A DNA stretch of 64,000 bases from an uncultured delta proteobacterium (GTDB lineage Bacteria; Desulfobacterota; Binatia; UBA9968), in the NCBI GenBank assembly GCA_963755715.1, contig CAVWLW010000027.1:192001-256000 (forward strand), read 5' to 3'. The notes below the pieces were generated by a model, which saw nothing but the letters and a program-made list of their open reading frames with translations, was not told the DNA's origin and made no database searches. The position numbers and the translations under genes were made by a program. Below are positions 1 to 9,410 of this stretch, piece by piece (positions within the stretch are counted from its first letter, which is position 1; every line of letters starts with the position of its first letter).

Positions 1-297
1 GAATTCACACTGGCCGCAGCCGGTCAGCGGATAGAGACAGACCGGATCACCGACTTTGACATTCGCGACTTTCGCCCCGACTTCTACGACCACGCCGGCG
101 CCATCCGCACCGAGAATGTGCGGCATCGGCACGACAATGCCGGTTGCGCCCATGCGGTTCCAGATATCGATATGATTGATCGCCGCCGCTTTCAGCTTGA
201 CGATCACGTCATCGGGCTCAATTAATCTTGGCTCGTCCGCCTCTTCGTAGAAGAGTTGCTCCACGCCGCCGTAACCGTGCATGCGAACTGCCTTCAA
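1..297 (-). CDS. Zinc-binding (medium-chain) alcohol dehydrogenase/oxidoreductase, N-terminal part; runs off the window edge
   Basis: Manual translation from TTG at 297: MKAVRMHGYGGVEQLFYEEADEP...VIVKLKAAAINHIDIW...PHILGADGAGVVVEVG...VGDPV...GCGQCEF, an ADH_N GroES-like domain with the start of the structural Zn loop; AGGAG RBS upstream. Not in the ORF track. Confidence 0.9.
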   Translation of the reverse strand, partial: MKAVRMHGYGGVEQLFYEEADEPRLIEPDDVIVKLKAAAINHIDIWNRMGATGIVVPMPHILGADGAGVVVEVGAKVANVKVGDPVCLYPLTGCGQCEF

Positions 298-454
298 GAA
301 ATTTCTCCTGCTTCGACAGACAACTCGGTAACAAGAGAAATTTTTGAAGTCAAACCGGCGTGCACGGCAAAGGAGTCTCTTCACACCGAACGGCGCTTGA
401 ATTCGAACTACAGAACGCGCGGCTCTGTTTCGAAAATAAATGTAAGTTTAGCTT

Positions 455-575
455 TAGGGTAGGGTGTCCCCTTAGCGGGGACACCCCGGGGTGATAGCGT
501 CAAACATGAACCGAGGAGGGGAGTCCATGCTCACGCTCGGGAACTTGTTTTGCCGGTGCAATCCGGCAAGTCGAA
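455..575 (-). ncRNA. Candidate 3'-UTR-derived small RNA with an anti-Shine-Dalgarno loop (UCCCCUCCUCG)
   Basis: On the minus strand AGCGU-GAGCAUGGAC[UCCCCUCCUCG]GUUCAUGUUU-G-ACGCU (537-496) forms a ~15-bp stem whose G-U pairs work only in this orientation; flanked by hairpins at 550-569 and 462-486. Confidence 0.5.
462..486 (-). terminator. Strong GC-rich hairpin, probable 3' end of the zinc-finger/sRNA transcript
   Basis: Perfect 10-bp inverted repeat GGGTGTCCCC-ttagc-GGGGACACCC; no immediate U-tract, so terminator function is uncertain. Confidence 0.5.
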
Positions 576-583
576 AAAAACAT

Positions 584-784
584 TTACCTCATTCGATTCA
601 TAGCGAACTGAAGCTTCTTAAGCTCACTCTGCAGAAACAGATCCTTTAACTCATGACGATCCATATGCGCTTCGAGCAACTCTGTGGGAAACATTCTCGC
701 ACCACAGCGATTGCAGACCGCCGCGCGAAAGGTTTCCTTTTCAAACTGGATGTCGTGCGAATCGGTGCTGTTTAATGATTCCAT
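584..784 (-). CDS. 66-aa small protein with a C2H2-type zinc-finger motif
   Basis: C-NR-C-GARMFPTELLEA-H-MDR-H = C-x2-C-x12-H-x3-H; purine-rich RBS (AAAGAGGGA) upstream of ATG; dedicated sigma54 promoter. Confidence 0.8.
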   Translation of the reverse strand: MESLNSTDSHDIQFEKETFRAAVCNRCGARMFPTELLEAHMDRHELKDLFLQSELKKLQFAMNRMR

Positions 785-826
785 TTGTCCCTCTTTATTC
801 GATTACTTGCAGACGATGCAGGCTAG

Positions 827-843
827 AGCAATTGATATGCCAG
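827..843 (-). promoter_or_regulatory. Sigma54 (RpoN) -24/-12 promoter
   Basis: Minus strand CTGGCAT-ATCAA-TTGCT matches YTGGCAC-N5-TTGCW with exact spacing; predicted +1 near 816, about 30 nt before the ATG at 784. Confidence 0.8.
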
Positions 844-868
844 TTCGGAAGGCGCTGAAAGGATCGGC

Positions 869-881
869 CAACATATTGATA
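869..881 (-). promoter_or_regulatory. IHF binding site
   Basis: Minus strand TATCAA-TATG-TTG is a perfect WATCAA-N4-TTR, lying between the sigma54 promoter and the upstream palindrome. Confidence 0.7.
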
Positions 882-950
882 TCTCGTAGAATCGGCTTGA
901 CAATGGCAAGTGGACAAACAAGTTTCCGCACAAAGTCCGATCGTGGCGGT

Positions 951-965
951 TGTCAATCGTTGACA
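951..965. promoter_or_regulatory. Palindromic upstream activator sequence (probable enhancer-binding-protein site)
   Basis: TGTCAA-TCG-TTGACA perfect dyad about 140 bp upstream of the predicted sigma54 start site. Confidence 0.55.
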
Positions 966-1287
966 TTTTTGTGCTCCGATCGATCAGGATCTACCCATGA
1001 CGGCTTCAAGGCTTGACTCGATCGCGGGTGCCAATTTTTTGGCGGACAAAGCATTGGAGTCGCATATAGGGCCTATCCGCAGATCGGCAAAGTAAGATCG
1101 TACTCGACCGTGGCAATGCGGTGGCGGCGCGCGACCGTGAGATCACTAAAGAGACGCGCGAAAGGACGCGCTGGCAACGGCATCGGCTTTAGTCCGAGGC
1201 GCAAGGCGCGCCCTTACACGGACAAGAAATCACCGCCCGGAAAATGCAGCAGCGTATTAGGAGCTGCGTGAAAGCGCTGTAAAAAAT

Positions 1288-3003
1288 TCAAACTTGGCGC
1301 AAGATCGCCATGCCGTGACCGGCGAGAGAGATGCGAACCGCGCGACGATTGCCGCAAGTTTCCACGCTAAGCCGCGTTTTGGGGTCGAGTAAGTTGGTCA
1401 GCTTGGCGCCATCTTTATTGAGATTGGCGTCCACCGTCACGTAGTCGGTTCGAGGAACCGCTTCGAGATTGAGCGCGATCAGCACTTCGGTATCGTCGAG
1501 GATTCTCGAGTATGCCAGGGTGCATCGACCATCGAGCGGAAAGCCGAAGTCGATGCCATTGCCGGAAATCTCTCGAAAATATTGGCGACCGTAGCGTAGC
1601 GCCGGTTCGTTTCGGCGCACCGCGGCGATTTGCGCGATGCTTTTATAGATCGGATTTCCCGGTTTGAAAAAGTGGCGCTGCCGACTGTCGAAAGCGCCCC
1701 ACTCGCCGCCGAACATGCACTCCCGCACATAGCTGTCATTATCGCCGCCGCCGTCGAACCCCTGCTCCGTGCCGTAATAGATGCACGGCACTCCCTGGCT
1801 CGTCAGCAAATAACCGATCGTCTGCGCCGCTTGTGGTGGAAACGGATTGGCGTGCATGAACCGCCTATAGGGGCGCGCCATCTGGTCGTGGTTATCGACG
1901 AACGTAACGAAATATTGGCCGGCTTCGCCGTGGTCGGCGTACTCGGTCTTAAAGCGCTCGTAACGCGCGCGCAACTCCGCCGGATTCAAAAAACCTTTGA
2001 GGGTTTCCTCTAAAATAAAATACAGGGGAAAATCCAGCGCAGCGTCGAGCGAGGGAAAACGTTCGTTGGTCCCTTCGATTCGGCTGTTGCGGCCGAGGTA
2101 ATGCTGCAGCGTTTGATCGTCGGCGACGATCTCGCCAAAAATAAAAAAATTGTGCTTGCCGATGCGCCGGGCGTACTCGCGAACTGCGTTGCAAAAGATC
2201 GCCGTCGCACTCGATTCCATATGCTTGACCGTATCCAAACGAAAGCCGTCGATGTCGGCGGCAGCGATCCAGTACTTGTAGACCTTGATCAGCCCGTCCA
2301 ACACGTCGGCGCGCCGGATATCGAGCTCTTTCAAGCTCAAAAAATCGCCGTTGATCGCCTCTTCGGGATCGCTCCAGTTGCGGATCTGGCCGCGCCGCTT
2401 GTAACTCTCCGGCCGCTGCAGCTCGATCGGCCAAACCGCGTCGTCTTCTTGCAGGTTCGGTGCTGCCTCGTTTTCGCGCCAGAAACCGAAATCGAAGGGA
2501 GCGCTTGATTGATTAGAATAGAAGTATGGAAAATCGCCGGGATAGGCCCAATTGTCGCCGGTGTGGTTCAAGATGATATCGAGGATCACATACATGTCGC
2601 GCGCGTGGGCTTCGCTGACGAGTTTCTGTAAATCTTCTTTGGTGCCGAAGCGCGGATCGACTTCAAGAAAGTTTTGGATGCCGTAGCCGTGGTAGCTGTC
2701 GGCTTTTTCCCGGCGATTTTTCAATATCGGGCTGAGCCAGATCGCGTTGGCGCCCAATCCTTTAATATAATTTAGCCGGCGCATGATTCCTTTGAGATTA
2801 CCGCCTTGAAAGATTTTTCCTTGCGCCGGATCTCGGCCTTGCGGCCCCGATGCGACATAGGGCCGCAGACCCTTGCTGTTATTATCAAAGCGGTCCACGA
2901 GTAAAAAATAAACAAATACATCGCGCCAATCGGCTGGAGACGAAAAGACATCATCTTGCGGAGTAAAATCCAACTGCTGAACGGATCGAAGCGGCTCGGC
3001 CAT
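1288..3003 (-). CDS. Alpha-amylase family (GH13) glycoside hydrolase, cytoplasmic
   Basis: GH13 conserved regions DIILNH, DGFRLDTVKH, GE, FVDNHD, GVPCIYYGTEQ; no signal peptide. Confidence 0.92.
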   Translation of the reverse strand: MAEPLRSVQQLDFTPQDDVFSSPADWRDVFVYFLLVDRFDNNSKGLRPYVASGPQGRDPAQGKIFQGGNLKGIMRRLNYIKGLGANAIWLSPILKNRREKADSYHGYGIQNFLEVDPRFGTKEDLQKLVSEAHARDMYVILDIILNHTGDNWAYPGDFPYFYSNQSSAPFDFGFWRENEAAPNLQEDDAVWPIELQRPESYKRRGQIRNWSDPEEAINGDFLSLKELDIRRADVLDGLIKVYKYWIAAADIDGFRLDTVKHMESSATAIFCNAVREYARRIGKHNFFIFGEIVADDQTLQHYLGRNSRIEGTNERFPSLDAALDFPLYFILEETLKGFLNPAELRARYERFKTEYADHGEAGQYFVTFVDNHDQMARPYRRFMHANPFPPQAAQTIGYLLTSQGVPCIYYGTEQGFDGGGDNDSYVRECMFGGEWGAFDSRQRHFFKPGNPIYKSIAQIAAVRRNEPALRYGRQYFREISGNGIDFGFPLDGRCTLAYSRILDDTEVLIALNLEAVPRTDYVTVDANLNKDGAKLTNLLDPKTRLSVETCGNRRAVRISLAGHGMAILRQV

Positions 3004-3173
3004 TGCTCCTCCCGAGACATTTTTTTTCTAATGATACAACCTGAACTTCGCGAAACAACTCCGCAGCGCATCGAATATTTCGATCGCGCGCAGATTTTTC
3101 GCGCTAGATCGTCAGATAGAAATGGAGATTGGCTGGAAGCGAATATCGCAGCGTTGGCTGGCGTGAACCGCCG

Positions 3174-4292
3174 TTAAGAACGGCCCGCGAGACGCCGCAA
3201 TTTTTCTTTGTCGACTTCGATGCCGTGTCCTGCGGTCATCGGCGGATAGGCTGTGCCGCGCGTTACTGTGATGGGACTGAAAATATCTTGCTCGCCGAGC
3301 CGCATGAAGCCGGTCATCTCACCGCCGGGTTGAGCATTTTTTAACGCACAGTGAAGTTGCATCTCCGCGGCGGAAAGGATCGTCGTGCACGCGCTTCCCT
3401 GGCCGATGACAACGGGGAGCCCTTTCGCGCCGACCACCGCCGCGACTTCACGCGCGCTTTCAAATCCGCCGATGTGCGTGAGCTTGATCTTCAAAAGATC
3501 GGCCGCCTGCTCCTCGAGCACCGCCAGCGCATCCTCCGGCGAGCTCACGCTTTCCTGTGCCGCGATCGGGATGCCGACGGCGCGGCGTAATTCGGCGAGG
3601 CTGCGCAAATCGGAGCGGGTCAACGGCTGCTCGGCGTCGGTGATGTGAAAGCGGCTGAGCTCGTGCAAGACAACGCGCGCGTCGGCGAAAGAATAAGCAG
3701 CGTTGCCGTCGACGCGGATCGAAGCGTCGTCACCGACGGCCTGGCGTACAGCGCGCACCCGCTCGATATCTTTTGCATGATCCGGTTGGCCGATCTTGAT
3801 TTTAAATGTGCGAAAGCCCTCTTGTTGGAGCAAGCGAGCGCGCGCGCCGATCACTTCCGGCCCTAAATCCATCCCCAATCCGCCGACGAGGTTTATCTCG
3901 CGGCGATGAGGCCCGCCAAAAAAGCGGCAGAGCGGCACGCGATAAGCTTTTCCCAAAGCGTCGAAGATCGCTATTTCTATGGCCGCTTTGGTAATCGGAT
4001 GGCCATAGCGAACGCGATGAAGCTTGCTGATGACAACACCCGTCTCTTCGAGATCCAGACCAAGGAGCGCCGGCGCAAAATATTTTTGCGCCATGATCTC
4101 CATCGTTTCCAGAGTCTCGTAGGTATTGCCCGGCCGCCCCTGGGTGGCCTCGCCCCAGCCTTCGATGCCATTCTCCGTCTCGACCCGGACGATCAGCGAG
4201 CGGCAATCTTCGAGGAAACCCGCGGCACCGCCATAGACTTCTTTAATCGGGAGCACCAGTGAATACGTATCGAGCTCGACGATTTTCATCAT
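3174..4292 (-). CDS. Mandelate racemase/muconate lactonizing enzyme family (enolase superfamily) protein
   Basis: EGWGEA N-terminal motif, AAIEIAIFDALGK, KIK, RVDGN, EQP, KIKLTHIGG. Confidence 0.88.
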   Translation of the reverse strand: MMKIVELDTYSLVLPIKEVYGGAAGFLEDCRSLIVRVETENGIEGWGEATQGRPGNTYETLETMEIMAQKYFAPALLGLDLEETGVVISKLHRVRYGHPITKAAIEIAIFDALGKAYRVPLCRFFGGPHRREINLVGGLGMDLGPEVIGARARLLQQEGFRTFKIKIGQPDHAKDIERVRAVRQAVGDDASIRVDGNAAYSFADARVVLHELSRFHITDAEQPLTRSDLRSLAELRRAVGIPIAAQESVSSPEDALAVLEEQAADLLKIKLTHIGGFESAREVAAVVGAKGLPVVIGQGSACTTILSAAEMQLHCALKNAQPGGEMTGFMRLGEQDIFSPITVTRGTAYPPMTAGHGIEVDKEKLRRLAGRS

Positions 4293-5660
4293 GGGCCTCG
4301 CAACAAATCACCGATGGACGAAACGTCATCGAGCTTTTCTAGATCTTTGACCGCCGCGACCAGCCGCTCGAGCTGCCCTTCGGACAAGATCGAGCGCGTC
4401 AGCTTGCGCGCCTTGTCCTCAACTTCGAGTTGGGTTAACGGATTTCGCGGCGTGCCTTTGAAATGGATAATGAGCTTGGACGGACGTTGCTTGTTAGCGA
4501 GACTGACGGTCACGCGGGCGGCGCGGTCCCAGCCTTTTTGTTCGATTTCACGATCGACTTTGAGCCGGACCTTGCGCATCATGGCGAGGATTTTTTTGTC
4601 CTTGAGCTTTTTCTCGTCAAAAGATTCGGGATCGGTCGGATCGTCATACAGACTCAACGCGACGCAGAAAGGAATGCTGTACTGCGCCATCATCAAGTCT
4701 TTGGGTTGATAGATGGCATGATGCGTCACCAACTTCTCGATGCCGCCGACGGTGATTTCACGCACATCTTCCGGCTTGAATCCCGTTTCGGCTTGAAGCG
4801 CTTGCAGCGCTTCGATCGGCGCGTGGGCGTTGATGTGGCAGGCGCAGCGCTTGATGCCGATATTCATGCTCTCGAACTCGCGCCCCAGGCGGTGCGTAAG
4901 ATAAGAAAGCTTTGGTGAATCGGAATACGTCTGGCAAAAACCGAACTTCCCTTCGAGGATGCTTTCCGGCCCGGCGAAACCTCTGCTCGCGAGCAGCGCC
5001 GCGGTCACTCCTCCTTCCCCTGCTTTGCCGAGGTGGAGCCGCTTGATCATCGCGCCTTCCTGGCAGCGGGAAAATTCGATCAGCCCGCCGGAGTACGACG
5101 CCGCGATGCCGAGAGCATTGACCATCTTCGTATCATTCAATCCCAAGAGCCGGCCTGCCGCCACGGCAGCGCCGAAAGTACCGGTCAATCCGGGCGCGTG
5201 AAAACCTCTTCGCTCGAGCGAGTTTCCTGCGGCAACGCCGATGCGCGACATCACTTCGCAGCGCGGCGACAAAGGCGGTGAGCAACGCTTTGCCATCGGC
5301 TTTCGTTTCTTCCGCCATCGCAAAGGCCGGGAAGAAAAGCGGTCGCGCCCGGATGGACGCCCGCGCCCGGCTGGCGCACGTTGTCGAGCTCGAAGGCGTG
5401 GGCCATGACGCCGTTGGCGAGCGTCGCTTGCGCCGGCTGCGCCGCAGAAATTTTCGCCCAATCACGGTGGAACGGCCGCGCAGACGCGGAGTCGCGAACG
5501 AATCCGCTGACGGTGCGGCTCCACGGCTTCGTCGAGCCGTACAAGCGAGACCGCCAGGGTATCTAGAATACAGGCCTTGGCCCGCTCGATCACTTCGCCG
5601 GGAATACTGCTTGTAATTGAGTTCAAGGGCAAAGTGCGCCAGACGCTGCGTGGCGTTCAT
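4289..5660 (-). CDS. MmgE/PrpD family protein (several frameshifts)
   Basis: Fragments in three frames: MNATQRLAHFA..., ATLANGVMAHAFELDN...VHPG, RGFHAPG...KRLHLG...GFAGPESILEG...KGTPRNPL. Confidence 0.85.
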
Positions 5661-5669
5661 AGAATAAAA

Positions 5670-6656
5670 TTAGCGCACAACTTTGGCGCCGGCTTCTTTG
5701 AGCACGTCGCGCATCTGCACGGTCAGATCGTCGAAGAATTTGCTCAGCGCCGGGTCCTTTGAGATAGCCGTCTTCGAACTGATTTTGCTCCACGTACTGC
5801 TTCCACTCGCAGTTTTCTGCGAAGCGGTCGAAAACTCCTTCCCAGTATTGCACCACTTCACGCGGCGCTGCCCGGCGGCGCGACGACTCCGCGCGCTTGC
5901 GGAATCAGCGGGACGTCGATGCCTTGCTCCTTGATCGTCGGCACATTGGCCAGCGACGCCAACCGCTTCTCCGTCAGCGCAGCGATGACGCGCAAATTTC
6001 CCGCGCGAATCTGCTCGCCGGCTTCTTGCGGCTCGATCACCATCATTTGCACATGGCCGCCGAGCAGATTGGACAGCCGTTCGCCGCCGCTCGGGAAGGA
6101 AATAAAAGTTCCACTGCGCGCCGGTGGCCTTTTGCAGCAACAGGCGCATGAGATTGTCCCGCGAAGTAATCGTGCCGCCGGACTGCGCGAGCTGTTTAGG
6201 GTTTTTCTTCGCCGCCTCGATGAAGTCTTGCATATTCTTGTACGGCGAGTCCGCTTTAACCGCGATCACCGCGGGCTCCAAAACCAGACGGACGATCGGC
6301 GTCAAATCTTTTACGGTGACGTTCGCTTCGGCGGTGGTCAGAGGATTGGTCACCCACACGCCGGTAAAAAAACCGATGGTGTGCGTCTCGCCTTTTTTCT
6401 CCGCGAGGTAGGACATGGCGACGGCCGGGCCGCCGCCGGGTTTGTTGACGACCTGCATGCGCTGGGAGATGAGCTTTTCTTTTTGCAGCAGTTCGGCGAT
6501 CGCGCGCGCCAACAAATCCGAGCCGCCGCCAGGACCGGTATGAACCACGGCTTCGATTTGTTTGCTGGGCTTGAACTCCTGGCTCCAAGCACGACTCAAC
6601 GATAGAGCCATGATCGTAGCGATGGTGATCGGTAATAGAATCGCTCTATGTTTCAT
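5670..6656 (-). CDS. tctC: Tripartite tricarboxylate transporter substrate-binding protein (frameshifted)
   Basis: Signal peptide, GPGGGSDLLAR, VNKPGGG, LANVPTIKEQG; adjacent to tctA and tctB. Confidence 0.85.
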   Translation of the reverse strand: MKHRAILLPITIATIMALSLSRAWSQEFKPSKQIEAVVHTGPGGGSDLLARAIAELLQKEKLISQRMQVVNKPGGGPAVAMSYLAEKKGETHTIGFFTGVWVTNPLTTAEANVTVKDLTPIVRLVLEPAVIAVKADSPYKNMQDFIEAAKKNPKQLAQSGGTITSRDNLMRLLLQKATGAQWNFYFLPERRRTAVQSARRPCANDGDRAARSRRADSRGKFARHRCADGEAVGVAGQCADDQGARHRRPADSASARSRRAAGQRRVKWCNTGKEFSTASQKTASGSSTWSKISSKTAISKDPALSKFFDDLTVQMRDVLKEAGAKVVR

Positions 6657-6712
6657 CTTCCACGCCTCCCGTAAGATTTTGGCCGCTAATGTCTCAGCCG
6701 CAACTATCATCT

Positions 6713-8230
6713 TCAGCTCTCCCGCTCAATAGCTTCGACCCGCCAGGAGCGCACTTTGCGAACCGCCGGCAGACATAAAATCACGGCAGCGATGAACAGC
6801 AAGGTTGCCGGAAATGGGCCGGTTCGCGAGGATCGTGAGGTCGCCCTGCGACATCATCAGCGATTGGCGCAGCGCCCGCTCGAGCGCGTCGCCGAGCACC
6901 ATTCCCAAAATCAGCGCCGCCGCGGGAAAATCGAGCTTGCGCATCAGATAGCCGAGCAAACCGAAGAGGCCCATCATCCAAACATCGAACAGACTGTTGT
7001 TGACGCTGTAAACGCCGACGATGGAGATGCCGACGATGAGCGGATAGAGAACGTAATACGGCAAACGCAAAATCTGCGCGAACAGCGGCACCAGCGGCAG
7101 ATTCAAAACCAGCAGCAAGACGTTGCCGATGTACATGCTCGCGACCAGCCCCCAAAAAAGCTCCGGGATGTTCCTGGATCAGCAGCGGACCCGGCTTGAT
7201 AGCCCCAGAGAATCAGGCCGCCCAACAGGATCGCGGTGGTATTGCCGCCGGGAATGCCGAGCGTCAGCAACGGCACCAGCGCGCCGCCGGCATCGGCGTT
7301 GTTGGCGCCCTCCGGCGCGGCCACGCCTTCGATCACGCCGGTGCCGAATTTTTCCGGATGGCGCGAGACCGCCTTTTCGAGACCGTAGGATAAGAACGAG
7401 GCGACCGTCGCGCCCGCGCCGGGCAAGCGCGCCGACGAAAAAGCCGATCATCGAGCCATTCAAGAAAGCAAAGCGGCAATCCTTGAGATCTTGCAGCGTC
7501 GGCAAAAGATTTCTGAGCCCTTTCGCAAGCTTGAAAATCTCTGCGCCGCCCTGTGGATTCCAGGTTCACCAGGACTTCGCCGATCGCAAAAACCCCGACA
7601 GTCGCAGCGATAAAGTCGACGCCGCCGAGCAGCTTCACCTGGCCGAAGGTAAATCTCGATTCAGCGGTGAAAAGATCCGTGCCGATCGTCGCGATCCAAA
7701 GACCGACAAGCATCGCTAGCAGGGCTTTGACCATCGACTCGCCGGCCAAGAAAACCACCATGGCCAGCCCCAAAACCATCAAGGCGAAATACTCGGGCGG
7801 AGCAAAGCGCAACGCGAAGCGCGCCAGAGGCGGCGCGATCAGCATCAAACCCGAGCACGCCTACGGTCCCCGCGACGAACGAAGCGATGGCGGAAATTCC
7901 CAGCGCAGCCCCCGCTCTTCCTTGACGCGCCATCTGATAGCCGTCGAGACAGGTCACGACCGAAGAGGACTCTCCAGGTATGTTCAAAAGGATCGATGTA
8001 GTTGAGCCGCCGTAGCGCGCGCCGTAAAAAATACCCGCAAGCGCGATGATGGCCGTCGTGTGGTCCATTTTGAGGGTGAGCGGCAGCAACATCGCGATGG
8101 TCGCCGCCGGCCCCAAACCCGGCAACACGCCGACCATGGTGCCCAGGATCACGCCGACCAAACACCAGAATAAATTTACCGGCGTCAGCGCGACCGAAAA
8201 CCCAAGCAGGAGATTACCGAGGTCCTCCAT
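6713..8230 (-). CDS. tctA: Tripartite tricarboxylate transporter large permease (several frameshifts)
   Basis: [57 protein letters not shown] motifs across frames. Confidence 0.9.
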
Positions 8231-8252
8231 GATTCAACGATCTAACCCGGAG

Positions 8253-8714
8253 TCAGAATCCCCAAAATGCCTTCGGTAAAGACACATCGAGAGCTACGAC
8301 AAAAATCAAATGGAATGACACCGCGAGGCCGATGCCGACGCCGACCGCAAGCAAAGTGGGGCGTCGATCCAAAGCGACGATGAGGAACATCGTGAGAACT
8401 ATAAAGCTCACGGCAAATCCGATGCTGCCCAGAAGAGCGATGGCGACCATCAGCGCCAACCATGCGGCCAGGGCGCGACCGGCAGCTTTCCATGATTTGG
8501 ATTCGCCTTTAGCCTTGCTTCGGGAGATCGACAAGGATGCGAGCATCAATCCAGACGCAAATAGCACCAGGCCGATGCCGAGCCAGAGCGGAAAAAATCC
8601 CGGTCCCGGCCCGACCTCGGACACGTAGTCCAGTCTGGCAGCCACCGAAATCACGTAGATCCCGAAAGCGGCGAGACAAGCCGCAGAAATGAAATTACCT
8701 TTGTCGCGTATCAT
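8253..8714 (-). CDS. tctB: Tripartite tricarboxylate transporter small permease
   Basis: 153 aa, 4-5 TM segments, GPGFFP motif, C-terminal LDVSLP; immediately upstream of tctA. Confidence 0.88.
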   Translation of the reverse strand: MIRDKGNFISAACLAAFGIYVISVAARLDYVSEVGPGPGFFPLWLGIGLVLFASGLMLASLSISRSKAKGESKSWKAAGRALAAWLALMVAIALLGSIGFAVSFIVLTMFLIVALDRRPTLLAVGVGIGLAVSFHLIFVVALDVSLPKAFWGF

Positions 8715-8910
8715 AAGAAGTTTTACACGTGAGCGCTGTGAATAGCGTTTATTAACGATTCGCGCAAGAGCATGGAGACTGAGGCGGGAGAGTATTGCGC
8801 ACGTTCATGAAGATTCTAGCGCGAGTAGACACGGCCGTCCTGGCGTCGCTGACATGGTGACAAAACGAAACCTGTGAGAAAAACATCGAGAGCGCGCGAG
8901 CAACCGCCGG

Positions 8911-9378
8911 CTAACCAAAAATCTTGCGCTCCACGCTTTGCCAGTCGTAGGGCACAAAGTTATTTTCGCTCGGCGTCCGCATCTGCGGACTTTCAGCTTC
9001 ATCGAATAGACCGATCGACGTTTGCTGCAGTTTGCCGGCGACCAGCGCGGGAGCGTGAGCCTCGACCACGACTGCATCGGCGTCGGAACGGTTCCACGCC
9101 CAATGAATCTTGTGGGACGGGATACGATGGAAATCTCCGGCTTTGCAAAGAAAGCCGCGCTCCTCGACAAAGAACCAGATTTCGCCTTCGAGCACGTAAT
9201 TGATCTGCTCCGCCTCATGCGCGTGCGGCGTCGTGTGATAGCCGGGCGCTCGGGTGGCGTACATCAGGCTGCACTCGTTGCCGTAACCTCTTCGCACCAC
9301 CATCGCGCCCTCGCCTTCGACGCCGGTGCGTACTACCTTTCGCTCAGGCACATCTTTAGCTTTAACGTGCAGCGACAT
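8911..9378 (-). CDS. Cupin domain protein
   Basis: PGYHTTPHAHEAEQINYVLEG and GDFHRIPSHKIH cupin motifs; start reassigned to ATG 9378 (GGAG RBS). Confidence 0.85.
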   Translation of the reverse strand: MSLHVKAKDVPERKVVRTGVEGEGAMVVRRGYGNECSLMYATRAPGYHTTPHAHEAEQINYVLEGEIWFFVEERGFLCKAGDFHRIPSHKIHWAWNRSDADAVVVEAHAPALVAGKLQQTSIGLFDEAESPQMRTPSENNFVPYDWQSVERKIFG

Positions 9379-9410
9379 GAGGAATCTCCTGGGAGGAAGA
9401 TTGCACCACT

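Noticed and set aside
420-583. 6S RNA, tRNA or riboswitch
   Set aside because: No long rod with a central bubble, no cloverleaf and no recognisable aptamer; three local hairpins instead.
527-649. Plus-strand short ORF after a strong GAGGAGGGG 'RBS'
   Set aside because: It overlaps the zinc-finger gene antisense with no recognisable features, and the surrounding stem pairs only on the minus strand; not fully excluded.
4289-8230. Pseudogene calls for PrpD-like, tctC and tctA
   Set aside because: All motifs are intact across frames and the indel pattern matches the window-wide sequencing-error signature.
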